From: Desulfobacterales bacterium
Lineage (GTDB): Bacteria; Desulfobacterota; Desulfobacteria; Desulfobacterales; UBA2174
Direction: 5' to 3'
Length of the DNA stretch: 64,000 nucleotides
Assembly: GCA_963668645.2 (NCBI GenBank)
Contig: CAXXWC010000003.1
Location: 150,649 to 214,648 of the forward strand
A program made the position numbers and the translations under genes. Shown in pieces: positions 32,774 to 41,339 of the stretch. The notes beneath the pieces were generated by a model. That model did no database searches. It worked only from the letters and a program-made list of their open reading frames with translations, and was not told the origin of the DNA. Position 1 is the first letter of the stretch; each line of letters opens with the position of its first letter.

Positions 32774-33614
32774 TCAATTTCCTTCGGCGCTTTGCAGCGC
32801 AAGCGCTTTTTGCCTTCCGGCGCTTCAAGGTAATTTTCGGGTGTAACGACCTTGGAGCCGGTCTCGATCTCCAGTTTTTCACGGGCATCTCCCGCGATTC
32901 GTCCCCCTTTGCGTGCTGCAATCATGTTTTCACCCACGCCCTGCGCATCCTGCTTTCGTGCAATTTCAGTGGTGGCCGCCTCGCCCAGCATGGAAAAAAT
33001 CAGCTCCAGATCGGTCATGTGGTCGCGCAGGCTTTCCCTCTCCGGCCTTTCAGGTCCTTGTATTCGGACGGCGTCAGCCCGAAAGTGGCCTTTGAAATTT
33101 CGGCCGTCAGGATAGCGTATTCGGGCTCTTCCCCAACCCCTCGCTTCTTCCACTCGTCGGTCAGTTCGGCCCGCACTGCAATCCCGCGCATGCGTTTTTC
33201 GATCCAGTCGTCGGAATAGCCCTTGGCCCGGTAGAGCGCCCGGGTGCGCTTGGAAGCCAACTCCGGGTCTTCTATCTCCTGGACCCTCTCGTAGCCTACC
33301 TTGGCCAGCCAGCGCTTGAACGGTTCGGCTCTATGCGAGGGGATGGACTGGATGATGCGGAAAAGGCCCTCGGTGTTGGCACAGTTAGTCCTACGCAATT
33401 TCCCGTCAGGCGCCAGGAGTTCAAGGGGGGTACAAATTGTACCCCAGTTATTGCTCAACTCTGCATCGCGCCGCCTCATCTTCTTTATGTATTGCTTCGG
33501 ATCGGCGCTATCCGCCAACACTTCCACTACATCGGTAACGGAAAACCACCATTCATTATTATGCGACGCGGGCCGAATTTGTTTGCCTTTGAATACGACC
33601 AACTTGGTCTTCAT
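32770..33614 (-). pseudogene. Bro-N / DinD-like (DNA-damage-inducible protein D family) gene, split by a 1-nt frameshift, inserted between cas6e and cas1
   Basis: The N-terminal ORF (ATG 33614, RBS AGGGGGA) reads MKTKLVVFKGKQIRPASHNNEWWFSVTDVVEVL...CANTEGLFRIIQSIPSHRAEPFKRWLAKVGYERVQEIEDPELASKRTRALYRAKGYSDDWIEKRMRGIAVRAELTDEWKKRG...ILTAEISKATFGLTPSEYKDLKG. The family-typical continuation ERESLRDHMTDLELIFSMLGEAATTEIARKQDAQG... is in the -1 frame (track ORF 32770..33153). The frame change is at about 33040-33050. The stop overlaps the cas1 ATG (ATGA at 32770-32773). Confidence 0.65.
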
Positions 33615-33684
33615 CAATCCCCCTGGCAAGTCACTTAAAACAGCCACCTGGCGCCACCCGTCCGGGGGCACCATCATAATGTGC

Positions 33685-34365
33685 TCAAGTTATGGGAACG
33701 ACCGACATCAGGCCCAGGCCCATGGCCTTTCCGTGACCGATACCGAATTCCAGGGCATCATTGAACTTGCCTGCGTCGGTTACCGAGAGAAGGCCTTCAT
33801 AAAGGACCGCGAAGAGCCGTATCGCGTTGCCGCCATGCTGCCTTCCCCGGAGCATCTGGTCTTGTGATATCCGCACGTCAATCCGCGTTAGCGAGGAACC
33901 TTGAAGATCAGCGCTTTCGGGGTCCCATCCTGGAAACCCAAATCCGTGCAGCCCGGCCTTACGCACAAGCCATGACATCTGCTCGTCGAACCGAAGCAGC
34001 CCGATGCGCTTTCCTTTGCGGCACACGCAGGGATTGGCGCGCAGTCTGAAACGAAATTTCCGGCCGGCCGTGAGCAAATCCAACTTGAGCCGAATCCTCA
34101 GGTCAATGGGGGGATCGGCCCCTGCGAGCCAGCCTCTCACGCCGATCCCTTTCCAGTCGGGCCTCGAACGGCTCTGAACAAGAACCTGGGCAAAGCCGGA
34201 TCGATCCGTTTCCGGTTCGATGCGCCACAGAAATTGGCCGCTTGGGCATTTGCGATCCGGGGGGTTGAATGCCCGGCAAAGCGTGGCATGCAACTGGTAC
34301 GGGTCCGCCAGGTCGCGCCGGGCTTCCCGGCACCGCGGGTCAATGTGGATCCTGTTCAGGAACAT
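33685..34365 (-). CDS. cas6e: CRISPR RNA endoribonuclease Cas6e (CasE/Cse3)
   Basis: Start at ATG 34365 with AGGAGG upstream. MFLNRIHIDPR...DPYQLHATLCRAF..., FRFRLRANP, and the C-terminal GIGHGKAMGLGLMSVVP parallel E. coli CasE (YQLHQGLWHLF, YFRLRANP, GIGPAKSMGCGLLSLAP). Confidence 0.9.
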   Translation of the reverse strand: MFLNRIHIDPRCREARRDLADPYQLHATLCRAFNPPDRKCPSGQFLWRIEPETDRSGFAQVLVQSRSRPDWKGIGVRGWLAGADPPIDLRIRLKLDLLTAGRKFRFRLRANPCVCRKGKRIGLLRFDEQMSWLVRKAGLHGFGFPGWDPESADLQGSSLTRIDVRISQDQMLRGRQHGGNAIRLFAVLYEGLLSVTDAGKFNDALEFGIGHGKAMGLGLMSVVPIT

Positions 34366-35047
34366 CGGATACCTCCTGGGGAAAGGGGATCCACGCCGAA
34401 CGCACGAACCGTGCGCCAAACCGCCGCTCGGAAAAGGACGACAGCGGCTGATCCATTCTCAAAACGCCTGATCCGTCATCGGACTCGAACGAAATCAATA
34501 ATTTCTCAGGTGCTTTTTCCCATTTGCGTTTTGTTGCGATCCATGGCCACCGCGTCAACACGTCCAGCGCGAACTCGTCCTTCAGGCCATCTTCCACCGC
34601 CACCGGTTCGGAGGGCACATAGGATTTGCGCCCCAGGGCCAACGGCCAGAAAGGATTTCTCAGTGCGGCGTCAAGGTTTTCGAGAAACGCGAGGTCATTT
34701 CCTTCCATGCTGACAAGAAAGGCCGCATCAGCGAGATAGTGGCGCTGCGAGACCACACCGTCTTTTGAAAGGCTCCCATCCGCCTTGATGATCCTGTCTG
34801 TGGCCGCGCACCCTGCCGTCTGGTAATCCCGCTTGGGAATCCCCGGCCGGTCATGGCGCACCGCCATCTTCAATTGCGCGATCGGTTCCAGATTTTTCCA
34901 ATTGTCCCGGTCGATTCCCGAGGCAGCAGCCAAAAGCCCGACGACACCCGACTTGCTTGGTTCTTTGCCGGTATCGCGCTGGTCGAATCGGCTGGTGGTT
35001 CCCCAGGATTGCATTGGGCCCGCCAGGCGAAGCAGCAATGTGGGCAT
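34340..35047 (-). CDS. cas5: Cascade subunit Cas5e (CasD)
   Basis: MPTLLLRLAGPMQSWGTTSRFDQRDTGKEPSKSGVVGLLAAASGI compares with E. coli CasD ILRLAGPMQAWGQPTFEGTRPTGRFPTRSGLLGLLGACLGI. Confidence 0.9.
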   Translation of the reverse strand: MPTLLLRLAGPMQSWGTTSRFDQRDTGKEPSKSGVVGLLAAASGIDRDNWKNLEPIAQLKMAVRHDRPGIPKRDYQTAGCAATDRIIKADGSLSKDGVVSQRHYLADAAFLVSMEGNDLAFLENLDAALRNPFWPLALGRKSYVPSEPVAVEDGLKDEFALDVLTRWPWIATKRKWEKAPEKLLISFESDDGSGVLRMDQPLSSFSERRFGARFVRSAWIPFPQEVSDVPEQDPH

Positions 35048-35050
35048 GGC

Positions 35051-36214
35051 TCACTCCTTTGCCGCTTGCACCGCGTTTTCCAGCAGCGCATCCAGGGTAG
35101 TCTCAACCTTGGCTCCCGATCCATCGATCTGCGCGTCCGCGAGATTCAAGATGAACGTCTGCCCGGCGCCCCCGTAGGCGGCCTGGAGCGCCTTGGCTTT
35201 TCGGGCGAGCAATTCGGCCGATTTTCTGGTGATGGACTCATCTTTTCCTACGCGCACTGAGATCTCGAAGGCATTGGCGAGACTTCGCGGTGCCGTATCG
35301 CGGCGCACGGCGATAGCTACGAATTCTGGTGGATTGTGGGCCGCAAAGGTGTTCTGTTTGCCGGTCGGCTCGGCGACCACGAAGGCCTCCAGAAAGGCCT
35401 TCAGCCCTTTTTCTGCGAGATCGGTGTCGCCTTGAAGGTTCCCGACGAGCTTTTCCCAGTCCACGAGCGCATACCGATAGAAACAGGCCGAATTGAACTC
35501 GACAGTTCCCATCATGTCCGCGCCGGCAGTGTCTTCCGGCTTGAGATCGTCCACGGCGGTATAGAAATCGAATTCACGCTCGACGGCATGGGTCGATATT
35601 GCGTGAGCCACCTGGCAAGCGGCATCCTGGTTCTTTTCCGGCATGTCGGCCAGCATGCGTCCGAAAAAAGCCACATCGACCGCTTTGACGCCGTCAAGGA
35701 CCTTGTCGAGGGCTACCTTTAATTCTGGGTCGGCGTCCTGGGCGGCCTTTTTCTTGGCCTTGCCGGCCTTCTTCCCTTCCACCGACGCCGCCTCACCAGA
35801 AACGATACGATCCCAGCGCTTGTCGATGATATCGGCGATTTTCGATATCTCGCGTCGTCCGACAAACAACAGGTACTCGGTTTTCCCGTCATCCTTTACC
35901 GCAAACCCCATGGTTTCCAATGCCGTCTGCGCTTTTCCAGTCGCTTCATCCACGTTGCGTCCTTTTTCTGCCAGGGCCGCGGCCAGAGGCTGCAAAAGGC
36001 GCTTGGTCCGAACGGCGATATCTTCAGATGACAATGCGTTCTTTTTTACCAATCCATTGAAGTGCTGCCTTACCGCCCGCTTGAAACATTGGCTGGAGAC
36101 ACGGGCGCGGCGGGTGCCGCCGAACAGGGCGTCCTTGGGCGCGCCGGTGTCATCCCGGTTCAGGTTGGACGGGGCAAAGTTTTGCAGCGCGTGAATCTCT
36201 ACGATGGTTTTCAT
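35051..36214 (-). CDS. cas7: Cascade backbone subunit Cas7e (CasC/Cse4)
   Basis: [49 protein letters not shown] compares with E. coli CasC [45 protein letters not shown]. 387 aa. Confidence 0.92.
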   Translation of the reverse strand: MKTIVEIHALQNFAPSNLNRDDTGAPKDALFGGTRRARVSSQCFKRAVRQHFNGLVKKNALSSEDIAVRTKRLLQPLAAALAEKGRNVDEATGKAQTALETMGFAVKDDGKTEYLLFVGRREISKIADIIDKRWDRIVSGEAASVEGKKAGKAKKKAAQDADPELKVALDKVLDGVKAVDVAFFGRMLADMPEKNQDAACQVAHAISTHAVEREFDFYTAVDDLKPEDTAGADMMGTVEFNSACFYRYALVDWEKLVGNLQGDTDLAEKGLKAFLEAFVVAEPTGKQNTFAAHNPPEFVAIAVRRDTAPRSLANAFEISVRVGKDESITRKSAELLARKAKALQAAYGGAGQTFILNLADAQIDGSGAKVETTLDALLENAVQAAKE

Positions 36215-36726
36215 TCGGCGACCTCCTGGTTGGTTAAACCGTTCGATATCGTACCGGATTGGGATCGATAGTAGTCTCGCGCCCAGGCGTTCTGGGTGCG
36301 TTTCTGATCGTCGTTCCAGTACAGCAGACCCTTCAAGACGGATTCAAAGTCTATGGGCTGGTCCTTGAGCAGCGCGACCATCTGGCGCAGCCTGTGGGGC
36401 AACTGGTCTGCGTCGGAATCCAGCAGGTTGATAAAACGCCTCTCGACACTCGTCGAGCCGCTTGCCGATTGAAACGCCGCGCAGGCTCTGCCGAGCGGCA
36501 GCGAAGGTTCCCGTTGTCCCTCTCTCCAGTGCCCGGCCCAAAGACCGGCCACGAGGTAGTGGACCTTGCGCCGCCACGCCGTTTCCGCATCCTTCACGAA
36601 GGGTTCCACGTAAGGAAAGGCAGGCACGAATTGTCCCGGGTCGAACGCCAGGCTCTGGCGCAGGACTGCGCGCACCTTGGTGTCTTTTTCGTTCAAACGC
36701 TCAAGCCATTCGATATAACCGCTCAT
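36211..36726 (-). CDS. cse2: Cascade small subunit Cse2 (CasB)
   Basis: 171 aa, helical and Arg/Trp-rich. Its position between cse1 and cas7, with 4-nt overlaps on both sides, matches the canonical I-E order. Confidence 0.8.
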   Translation of the reverse strand: MSGYIEWLERLNEKDTKVRAVLRQSLAFDPGQFVPAFPYVEPFVKDAETAWRRKVHYLVAGLWAGHWREGQREPSLPLGRACAAFQSASGSTSVERRFINLLDSDADQLPHRLRQMVALLKDQPIDFESVLKGLLYWNDDQKRTQNAWARDYYRSQSGTISNGLTNQEVAE

Positions 36727-38264
36727 TCCCCCTCCTTGTTCGGTTCGAGCTTCATAATCTCGTTACTCAGCACGTTCAGTTTGTCCCGCACTGGTTTTTC
36801 GGCTTTCACCAGAGCGCGTATAGCCCACGCATCCCCCATGGCGACCGAGGCGCTGTGCTTCTCCCAGGCTTTGCGCAATGCTCCGCGCACCGATTCGAGC
36901 CATTGGCGCCGGATATCATTCTCGTCTCGATCCAGACTGTAGTCTCGCAAAATTTCATGGAAATGGGATTCCATCGCGGACCAATACCAGGCGATCGCAG
37001 GCATCTGCTCCACAAAGTTTTTGACATCCTTCGCTGCCGGTTCACGTCCTCCACGGCCCAACAGTTGCCGTGCAAATGTACGACAGGCCTGCCAAAGAGC
37101 ACTTTGAGCATCTTCGGCGTCGGATAGAAGCTGATGGATTTCCGTACGGATAAAACGGTCGGTGCCCAACGCTTCGGGTAAGGCGAATCGTTCCATCCGC
37201 CAATACTTGATCTTTGCCTTGTCGTTGGCCTGACCGAGGACAATTACCGACTTGGGAAATCGCCCCCGATCTGCTCGGGTTAAAATCGTTGCATGCTCGA
37301 TAACACGCGGTGCCAGGCGCGATTCATCCGGCAACAAGGAATCGAAGTCACGCCAAAGCCCTCGATCACGGAACTGGACCGGCAATTTTCCTCTTTTTTC
37401 GTCGATCCGGTAACCGAGCATGGGATCGACATATCCTTCCAAGGAGCACCCAATACCGGACGCGAAAGTCAGTTCCGCAATCGAAGCGTCGCCCCCCTGC
37501 GGATTGAATTTGATGGATCTCGTCCTCCAAGTATATAGATCCGACCGTCCCAAAACGGCTCTTTCTATGCCTTTTTGGAGAGATGCGAGAGAGTCCGGCG
37601 CTCTTTCCCAAACAGGAACGTCTGTTTTGAGTATTTCCCGGTTTTCAGGAACCAATGAAAAAAGAAGAGTGTCTTGAAGGGTTATGCCCAATGGAAGCGC
37701 CATTGCCGTAGCGGCTGAAGGCCCGCTCTTGGTATATTGGAAATCGCTTCTGCCACCGCCCAGCGCAAATGTTTGAGAAGCGATCAGCCAGCGAACCGCC
37801 TTCTTGGCGGGGATCGATCCTGCCTGCCGAATGTCGAGGTGATCGAAAAGGACCTTGGCATTGTCGGCATTGTGCTCTGCAGCGATTGCCGCCCATGAAC
37901 GCCACCGCTTCTTACCGCCTTTTTCTTTTGGCTCATAATCCGGAATCTGAAAAAAGGGATATTCTTCGTCAAACAACCAGAACCGGCTCCGCCATTTCTC
38001 CAGATAATCGGCGATCCGCTCGTCGGGCAGACCGCTTTTGAACAAAGCCTTGGCCTGGTCGATGCCGGTCGGCCCTTCCAGCGCACGGTAAAGCACCGCC
38101 AGCAGGAAACGATGCAAGGCGGCGACCACCAGGGGCGATGGATCCTCGATGGCGGAAATCTCCAAGGCGCGGCGCAGCGTGTCGCGGATGCCCAGTTCGT
38201 CGCGGGATCCGTCTGGAAACCGCACCGGAATCCATTTCTCGTCGATCAGGTTGAATCGGCTCAT
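36723..38264 (-). CDS. cse1: Cascade large subunit Cse1 (CasA/Cas8e)
   Basis: 513 aa. The N-terminus MSRFNLIDEKWIPVRFPDGSRDELGIRD is the typical Cse1 opening (NLLxxxWIPV). It lies directly downstream of cas3 with a 4-nt overlap. Confidence 0.85.
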   Translation of the reverse strand: MSRFNLIDEKWIPVRFPDGSRDELGIRDTLRRALEISAIEDPSPLVVAALHRFLLAVLYRALEGPTGIDQAKALFKSGLPDERIADYLEKWRSRFWLFDEEYPFFQIPDYEPKEKGGKKRWRSWAAIAAEHNADNAKVLFDHLDIRQAGSIPAKKAVRWLIASQTFALGGGRSDFQYTKSGPSAATAMALPLGITLQDTLLFSLVPENREILKTDVPVWERAPDSLASLQKGIERAVLGRSDLYTWRTRSIKFNPQGGDASIAELTFASGIGCSLEGYVDPMLGYRIDEKRGKLPVQFRDRGLWRDFDSLLPDESRLAPRVIEHATILTRADRGRFPKSVIVLGQANDKAKIKYWRMERFALPEALGTDRFIRTEIHQLLSDAEDAQSALWQACRTFARQLLGRGGREPAAKDVKNFVEQMPAIAWYWSAMESHFHEILRDYSLDRDENDIRRQWLESVRGALRKAWEKHSASVAMGDAWAIRALVKAEKPVRDKLNVLSNEIMKLEPNKEGE

Positions 38265-40960
38265 TCGGCCTCCTTTGGTTCAAACACCAACCCCAGGTCT
38301 TCATCCAGGCGCACGGACGGATCTTCCACCCACTGGCCGTCCGGTCTCAGCACGAGCGCAAAGCAGTTGCGCAACAACGACGATTCCCGCCATCCTTCCG
38401 GAATTCCCTGGGTTTTGAGTCTTGCGACGACGCCTTTGCGCGACAGGCTCACGGCCCGCTGGAACCATCGCTTGGCCGTTGCGAAATCCGGCGCGTCGGC
38501 CGGCTGGAATCCATCGGCCGCAAACAGGGGAATAGCCACCACGGAATCCTCACCGAACCGGGTTCGGGCCATGAGGGTTCGATGCACGCCCGGGGCATCC
38601 TCGTCGTAAAGCACGAACCTTGCCGGATCATTCCAAGACCCATCGTCCGGAAAGCCCACGATCGCATGGTGGGCCATCGCCTGGAATGCGAGGGCGTCGC
38701 CATCTGCCTTGATCCGGGCGCTTTCCAGTCGTTCCTGCAAGGCTTCGGTGACCTCCACCTCGTCTTCGTACACGGCCTGAACCAAGGGGTCGATCTCGTC
38801 CGGCAGTGTCAGGGTCGGCCGGTCTTTCAGCAGGCTCCAGGTGCGCAAGAGCAGATCTTCGCGATAAACGGAATCCCACCACAACGGCTTTCCGAAGGAT
38901 GGCGGCACTTCGCTATCGAGTCCTGAAACCATCAGAATCGGTTCGGCCACGGGCCTCGAATCCGCAGCATGCCGCCACAAGCGCCCGGCCCTTTGAAGAA
39001 CGAGGTCGATGGGCGCCAGATCGGTCACCATGATGTCGAAATCGAGATCAAGGCTCTGCTCGGCGACCTGGGTGGCGATGAGGATCTTGCGGCCGGACCG
39101 AACGCTATCCTTGCCGAACGCCGCGAGCGCATGGTCCTCCCGAACCTGCCTCCAGGAGGCCGGAAAGCGCGCATGGAAGAGGAACACCTCCGTGCCGTCC
39201 TCAAGGCGCTTGCCGACTCGGCGGTTCTGGCACACCACAGGCTCGCCCTCGGGAGACAGCCGGTAGAGGTCCTGGGCGCGCTGCACCGTGTTGACCAGGG
39301 CCAGCCCCGTGCCACCTCCGGCAAGATGGGCCTCAAGGCTGGCACGGATAACCGATAAATCGGACGGGATGCCGACGAGCCGCAGCACCCGGCGGCGTTT
39401 CGGGTCCGCCTCGAAGTGCGTTTGCGCCACGCCCTCTTGATTGAAAACCGTCAGACGCGGATACCCCGGTTCTCGCTCCAGCTTCTCCGCACCCACCACC
39501 GCCGCCAACTTCCGACGGATCGATGGCGACAAGGTGGCCGAAAGGAGCACCACCGAAGAGCCAAGCGCCAGAAGCCATCGCAGCAGGTGGACCAGCAGGG
39601 TGCCGGTGTAGGCGTCGTAGGCGTGGATTTCGTCCAGCACCACGACCCGGTTGGCAAGTCCCCACAGGCGGACGAAGTTGTGGCGAACCGGCAGGATCGG
39701 CAACAGCGCCTGATCCACGGTCCCGACCCCGTATTCCGAGAGCAACGCCCGCTTCTTGTGGGTGAACCATTCGCCGGCGCGGATTTCGCCCCCCGATTCA
39801 GGGTCGTGTATCCCCGTTAAGCGCAAATCCTGAAAGCTGTCGTTGAGCAACGCCCCACCGTGCAATAGCTGCAAGTCCAGCGATCGGTCGGAGATCTGGC
39901 CCGTCAGGAAATCGCGCGTCCGGGCGAACATTGCATTTCCGGTGGCCTTGGTCGGCAGCGCCACGTAGAGGCCGCGATGGCCGAAACGGCGTTGCAGCTC
40001 CAGGTACGCGTAAAAAGCGGCCTCGGTCTTTCCTTCGCCCATGGGTGCTTCCACCAGCAGGATGGCCGGCGCCGGCACTTTTGTTACTATGTTTTCCACA
40101 GCCTGCTGAAGAGTACGAGGCCTAAGGCCGAAAACCGATTCAAACGACTCCGCTTCTTTAGAAAGCGGATCCCTTCTCTGCCAACCGAGGCTGTCCAGGG
40201 CATGATCAGCAAACATCCTGCGCTTTGCAAACCAGGCTTTCAGGTCAACACAATCTTCTACGGTTCCAAACGGGAACCAATCGACGTTTGAGCCAATCCA
40301 GTCGGCAAAGCTGGTCAGACCGGCCAACAGCATAAAATCCTGCCCTGAAAGGTTCTGTGTTTCAGGTAGAATTCCTGTGCCTAAAACTTCAAATACGGAC
40401 TCCATGATGTCGCGCCGGGCATCGTTCCATTCCTTTTTTCCAATGGCGCGTTGATCTCCACTTAATCTATCCAGAACTGTCGGGTTAGCTCTCTCGCCAT
40501 GGTGGCAACCAACCGCATCCGCGGCCGACTCCGCCAGATCCTCGGACCAGCCTTTCTCCACAAGAAATTCTGTCAAAGCGATCTGGCTGACAAAGGCATG
40601 ATTGATATTGGTGTTCGGACTTCTGGGAAGCTCCAAGCCGGTACCGCTGGAAAGCCATCCGAGCCACTTGCACTGGAACCCCGGGCAGGCTTTGCCCAAA
40701 TCATGGCATGCGGATAGGCTTAAAATCCAAGACCGTGCCATAACCCATTTCATACCCAAAATCCCAGAGATCAAATTCCTTGTTGTCTCCGGCTCTCTTG
40801 CCAATATTGCATCCGTACAGGCAGCCACATCCAGAAGATGAAGAATAAGAGGATGCCATTTTGCTTCCCCACTGCTCTCTGTTTTAGCCCAGAGGCAAGC
40901 CAAACGCTTTTCCACCGTTTCCCCCCCTCGATCCTTCAGTATTCTGTCATAACGTAGCAT
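38261..40960 (-). CDS. cas3: Cas3 HD nuclease / DEAD-box helicase (I-E type)
   Basis: 899 aa. HD domain (HLLDVAACTD...LSACHDLGKACPGFQ...AVGCHHG). Helicase motif I (VEAPMGEGKTEAA), motif II (VVLDEIHAYD), LLSATL, and motif VI (QRAGRLWRH). Confidence 0.95.
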   Translation of the reverse strand: MLRYDRILKDRGGETVEKRLACLWAKTESSGEAKWHPLILHLLDVAACTDAILAREPETTRNLISGILGMKWVMARSWILSLSACHDLGKACPGFQCKWLGWLSSGTGLELPRSPNTNINHAFVSQIALTEFLVEKGWSEDLAESAADAVGCHHGERANPTVLDRLSGDQRAIGKKEWNDARRDIMESVFEVLGTGILPETQNLSGQDFMLLAGLTSFADWIGSNVDWFPFGTVEDCVDLKAWFAKRRMFADHALDSLGWQRRDPLSKEAESFESVFGLRPRTLQQAVENIVTKVPAPAILLVEAPMGEGKTEAAFYAYLELQRRFGHRGLYVALPTKATGNAMFARTRDFLTGQISDRSLDLQLLHGGALLNDSFQDLRLTGIHDPESGGEIRAGEWFTHKKRALLSEYGVGTVDQALLPILPVRHNFVRLWGLANRVVVLDEIHAYDAYTGTLLVHLLRWLLALGSSVVLLSATLSPSIRRKLAAVVGAEKLEREPGYPRLTVFNQEGVAQTHFEADPKRRRVLRLVGIPSDLSVIRASLEAHLAGGGTGLALVNTVQRAQDLYRLSPEGEPVVCQNRRVGKRLEDGTEVFLFHARFPASWRQVREDHALAAFGKDSVRSGRKILIATQVAEQSLDLDFDIMVTDLAPIDLVLQRAGRLWRHAADSRPVAEPILMVSGLDSEVPPSFGKPLWWDSVYREDLLLRTWSLLKDRPTLTLPDEIDPLVQAVYEDEVEVTEALQERLESARIKADGDALAFQAMAHHAIVGFPDDGSWNDPARFVLYDEDAPGVHRTLMARTRFGEDSVVAIPLFAADGFQPADAPDFATAKRWFQRAVSLSRKGVVARLKTQGIPEGWRESSLLRNCFALVLRPDGQWVEDPSVRLDEDLGLVFEPKEAE

Positions 40961-41339
40961 TCCGGTCCGAAATTTTTAGCCAAATTTTCCCCACAGCCCG
41001 TGCATCGTCCAGAGCCCGATGCAGCCGCAACGCCTCGGTCTCCCCAGGAACCAGATAGAGGTCGCCGCCGATAAATTGACGAAAGTAATCAAAGACCAGC
41101 ACCGGTTCGGGCTGGCCGGCGAACATCGCCTCGCTGATACCGTGGACCTGCCTTGCACCGGGTGTAACTTTCCGGCCGCAGTCGATCATGCTGTGAAACG
41201 CCTCACCCGGACCGGCGCCGGATATGCGCACCGTGGCGATTTCGATCACCCGGTGCCCGCGTGCCGGCGACATGCCGGTGGTTTTCAGGTCCACCGCCCC
41301 GGCTGGTTTCAGTTTTCTTTTGCCCAATTCACACCTCAT
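40947..41339 (-). CDS. Degenerate DEDDh (DnaQ-like) 3'-5' exonuclease domain protein, probably catalytically dead
   Basis: Start at ATG 41339, which overlaps the stop of the upstream gene (ATGA). The 3' end overlaps cas3 by 14 nt. Exo I reads VDLKTTG (Lys where the catalytic Glu of DxE is expected). IIEIA-like RVIEIATVRI, HGISEAMFAGQP, and Exo III HRALDDARA are present. The Exo II HNxxFD block and about 50 residues between FIGGD and LRLH are missing. Confidence 0.55.
   Translation of the reverse strand: MRCELGKRKLKPAGAVDLKTTGMSPARGHRVIEIATVRISGAGPGEAFHSMIDCGRKVTPGARQVHGISEAMFAGQPEPVLVFDYFRQFIGGDLYLVPGETEALRLHRALDDARAVGKIWLKISDRNATL

Noticed and set aside
33030-33060. Programmed -1 ribosomal frameshift in the Bro-N/DinD-like gene
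   Set aside because: There is no X XXY YYZ slippery heptamer at the frame junction (CTGAAAGGCCGGAG) and no obvious downstream pseudoknot. A simple 1-nt indel, real or from sequencing, is the more economical explanation.
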